Below, piece by piece: positions 63,283 through 64,000 of a stretch of 64,000 nt of DNA; the first letter of the stretch is position 1; each line of letters opens with the position of its first letter. The position numbers and the translations under genes are program-made. The notes beneath the pieces are model-generated. The model was given only the letters and a program-made list of their open reading frames with translations, had not been told where the DNA came from and did no database searches. Origin of the DNA: Bacteroidales bacterium (GTDB lineage Bacteria > Bacteroidota > Bacteroidia > Bacteroidales > UBA932); NCBI GenBank assembly GCA_017504965.1, contig JAFVQD010000010.1, positions 761 through 64,760 on the forward strand. Reading direction: 5' to 3'.

Positions 63283-64000
63283 CTAGATAGATTCTTTGTA
63301 GTCTATTATGTGATTATGGAATATTGGGGCCATCTTTTCACTGGCTTCTTTTATAAATTTGAAGACATCAGATCTGTCGTTAGTATCAAAGCAGGGAAAG
63401 CTTATCATGTCTGAAATTCTGCAAGTAACTTTATCTGTTAATCTTTCCCAGAGCAGAGGTGAGCCGTAGTCTGACTCGATCTCAACCTTATGATTATACA
63501 GATAGTCGAATACTTTTTTATTCACATCTTTATTGCCAGAGTTAAAATAAATCTCTACCCTCGCAAAATCATATCCTATAACCACATTTAAACTGATTCC
63601 AAAAGGGACTTTAATACTTTTACCTATCCAATTGTCTCCAACAGGTGAATTTGTGGCAAATAATCCATCATTGTCTTTGCAATATTGAATGAATTCAGTC
63701 CAAAAGGCTTTTCTTTTTTCATGCCTCGGCTGCTGTTTTTCTGAACCATTGTTACAATAGCAGGTGTCTTTTTTGGGTGTTTGGTATTCAGTAATCACAG
63801 CATCATCAAGTACTGTGGCAAGTCTTTTAAGAATGTTTAGAGCTTCTTGAGGGGTAATATTGAAGAACTCTCTATTTTGTCGGATACGTAAATCTGTAAG
63901 ACTATCAATTGTTTGGTGCACTACTTTTTCAACTTCTGAGTATTTGCTTGTTCTCAGAGTAGCAAATATTTCAAATGGTAGGGGTACGGCTGTGCCATCC
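63283..64000 (-). CDS. DUF4268 domain protein with an N-terminal GIY-YIG/T5orf172-like part; gene continues beyond the right window edge
   Basis: The frame stays open from 63921 to nt 64000 (…DGTAVPLPFEIFATLRTSKYSEVEKVVHQTIDSL…, a T5orf172/MUG113-like pattern). The C-terminal half KAFWTEFIQYCK...NWIGKSI...ARVEIYF...LLWERL matches DUF4268. Confidence 0.65.
   Translation of the reverse strand, partial: DGTAVPLPFEIFATLRTSKYSEVEKVVHQTIDSLTDLRIRQNREFFNITPQEALNILKRLATVLDDAVITEYQTPKKDTCYCNNGSEKQQPRHEKRKAFWTEFIQYCKDNDGLFATNSPVGDNWIGKSIKVPFGISLNVVIGYDFARVEIYFNSGNKDVNKKVFDYLYNHKVEIESDYGSPLLWERLTDKVTCRISDMISFPCFDTNDRSDVFKFIKEASEKMAPIFHNHIIDYKESI

Overview
A 64 kb chromosomal segment of a Bacteroidota (Bacteroidales-like) genome. 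The assignment rests on TAnnTTTG -7 promoter boxes in front of the tRNAs and several genes, plus an S46 dipeptidyl-peptidase, fused SecDF, a Bacteroides-type FrdA/FrdB and a GH20 hexosaminidase. Most of the window is densely packed housekeeping: clpC, gyrA, frdAB, hflX, mdh, ybeY, mnmG, gcvH, ruvA, sufSE, folK, dsbD, glyQS, floA/nfeD, secDF. There are four tRNAs: Lys-CTT, Lys-TTT, Ser-GCT, Pro-TGG. Three accessory patches interrupt the core. (1) An intact 1458-bp IS3-family element with an A7G -1 frameshift site lies between two convergent genes. (2) A lower-GC patch (about 46.0-50.1 kb) next to the divergent tRNA-Ser/tRNA-Pro pair holds a CAT-like acetyltransferase, an orphan membrane protein and a RAYT/IS200-like HUH-Y1 nuclease fused to an HTH. 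This patch also contains decayed 3' fragments of that nuclease gene and several unexplained structured repeats: nested palindromes, a 26-bp tandem array and three spaced hairpins. (3) A lower-GC defence-type island after secDF carries an AAA+/DUF4143 ATPase, hsdM-hsdS-hsdR (type I R-M) and a convergent GIY-YIG/DUF4268 gene that runs off the window. The most interesting unexplained signal is the Y1-nuclease/repeat locus, which may be REPtron-like. Next is the ATPase-plus-type-I-R-M island. I saw no CRISPR array, reverse transcriptase or cas-like gene. All calls come from reading the translations and the sequence by eye; no database search was possible.
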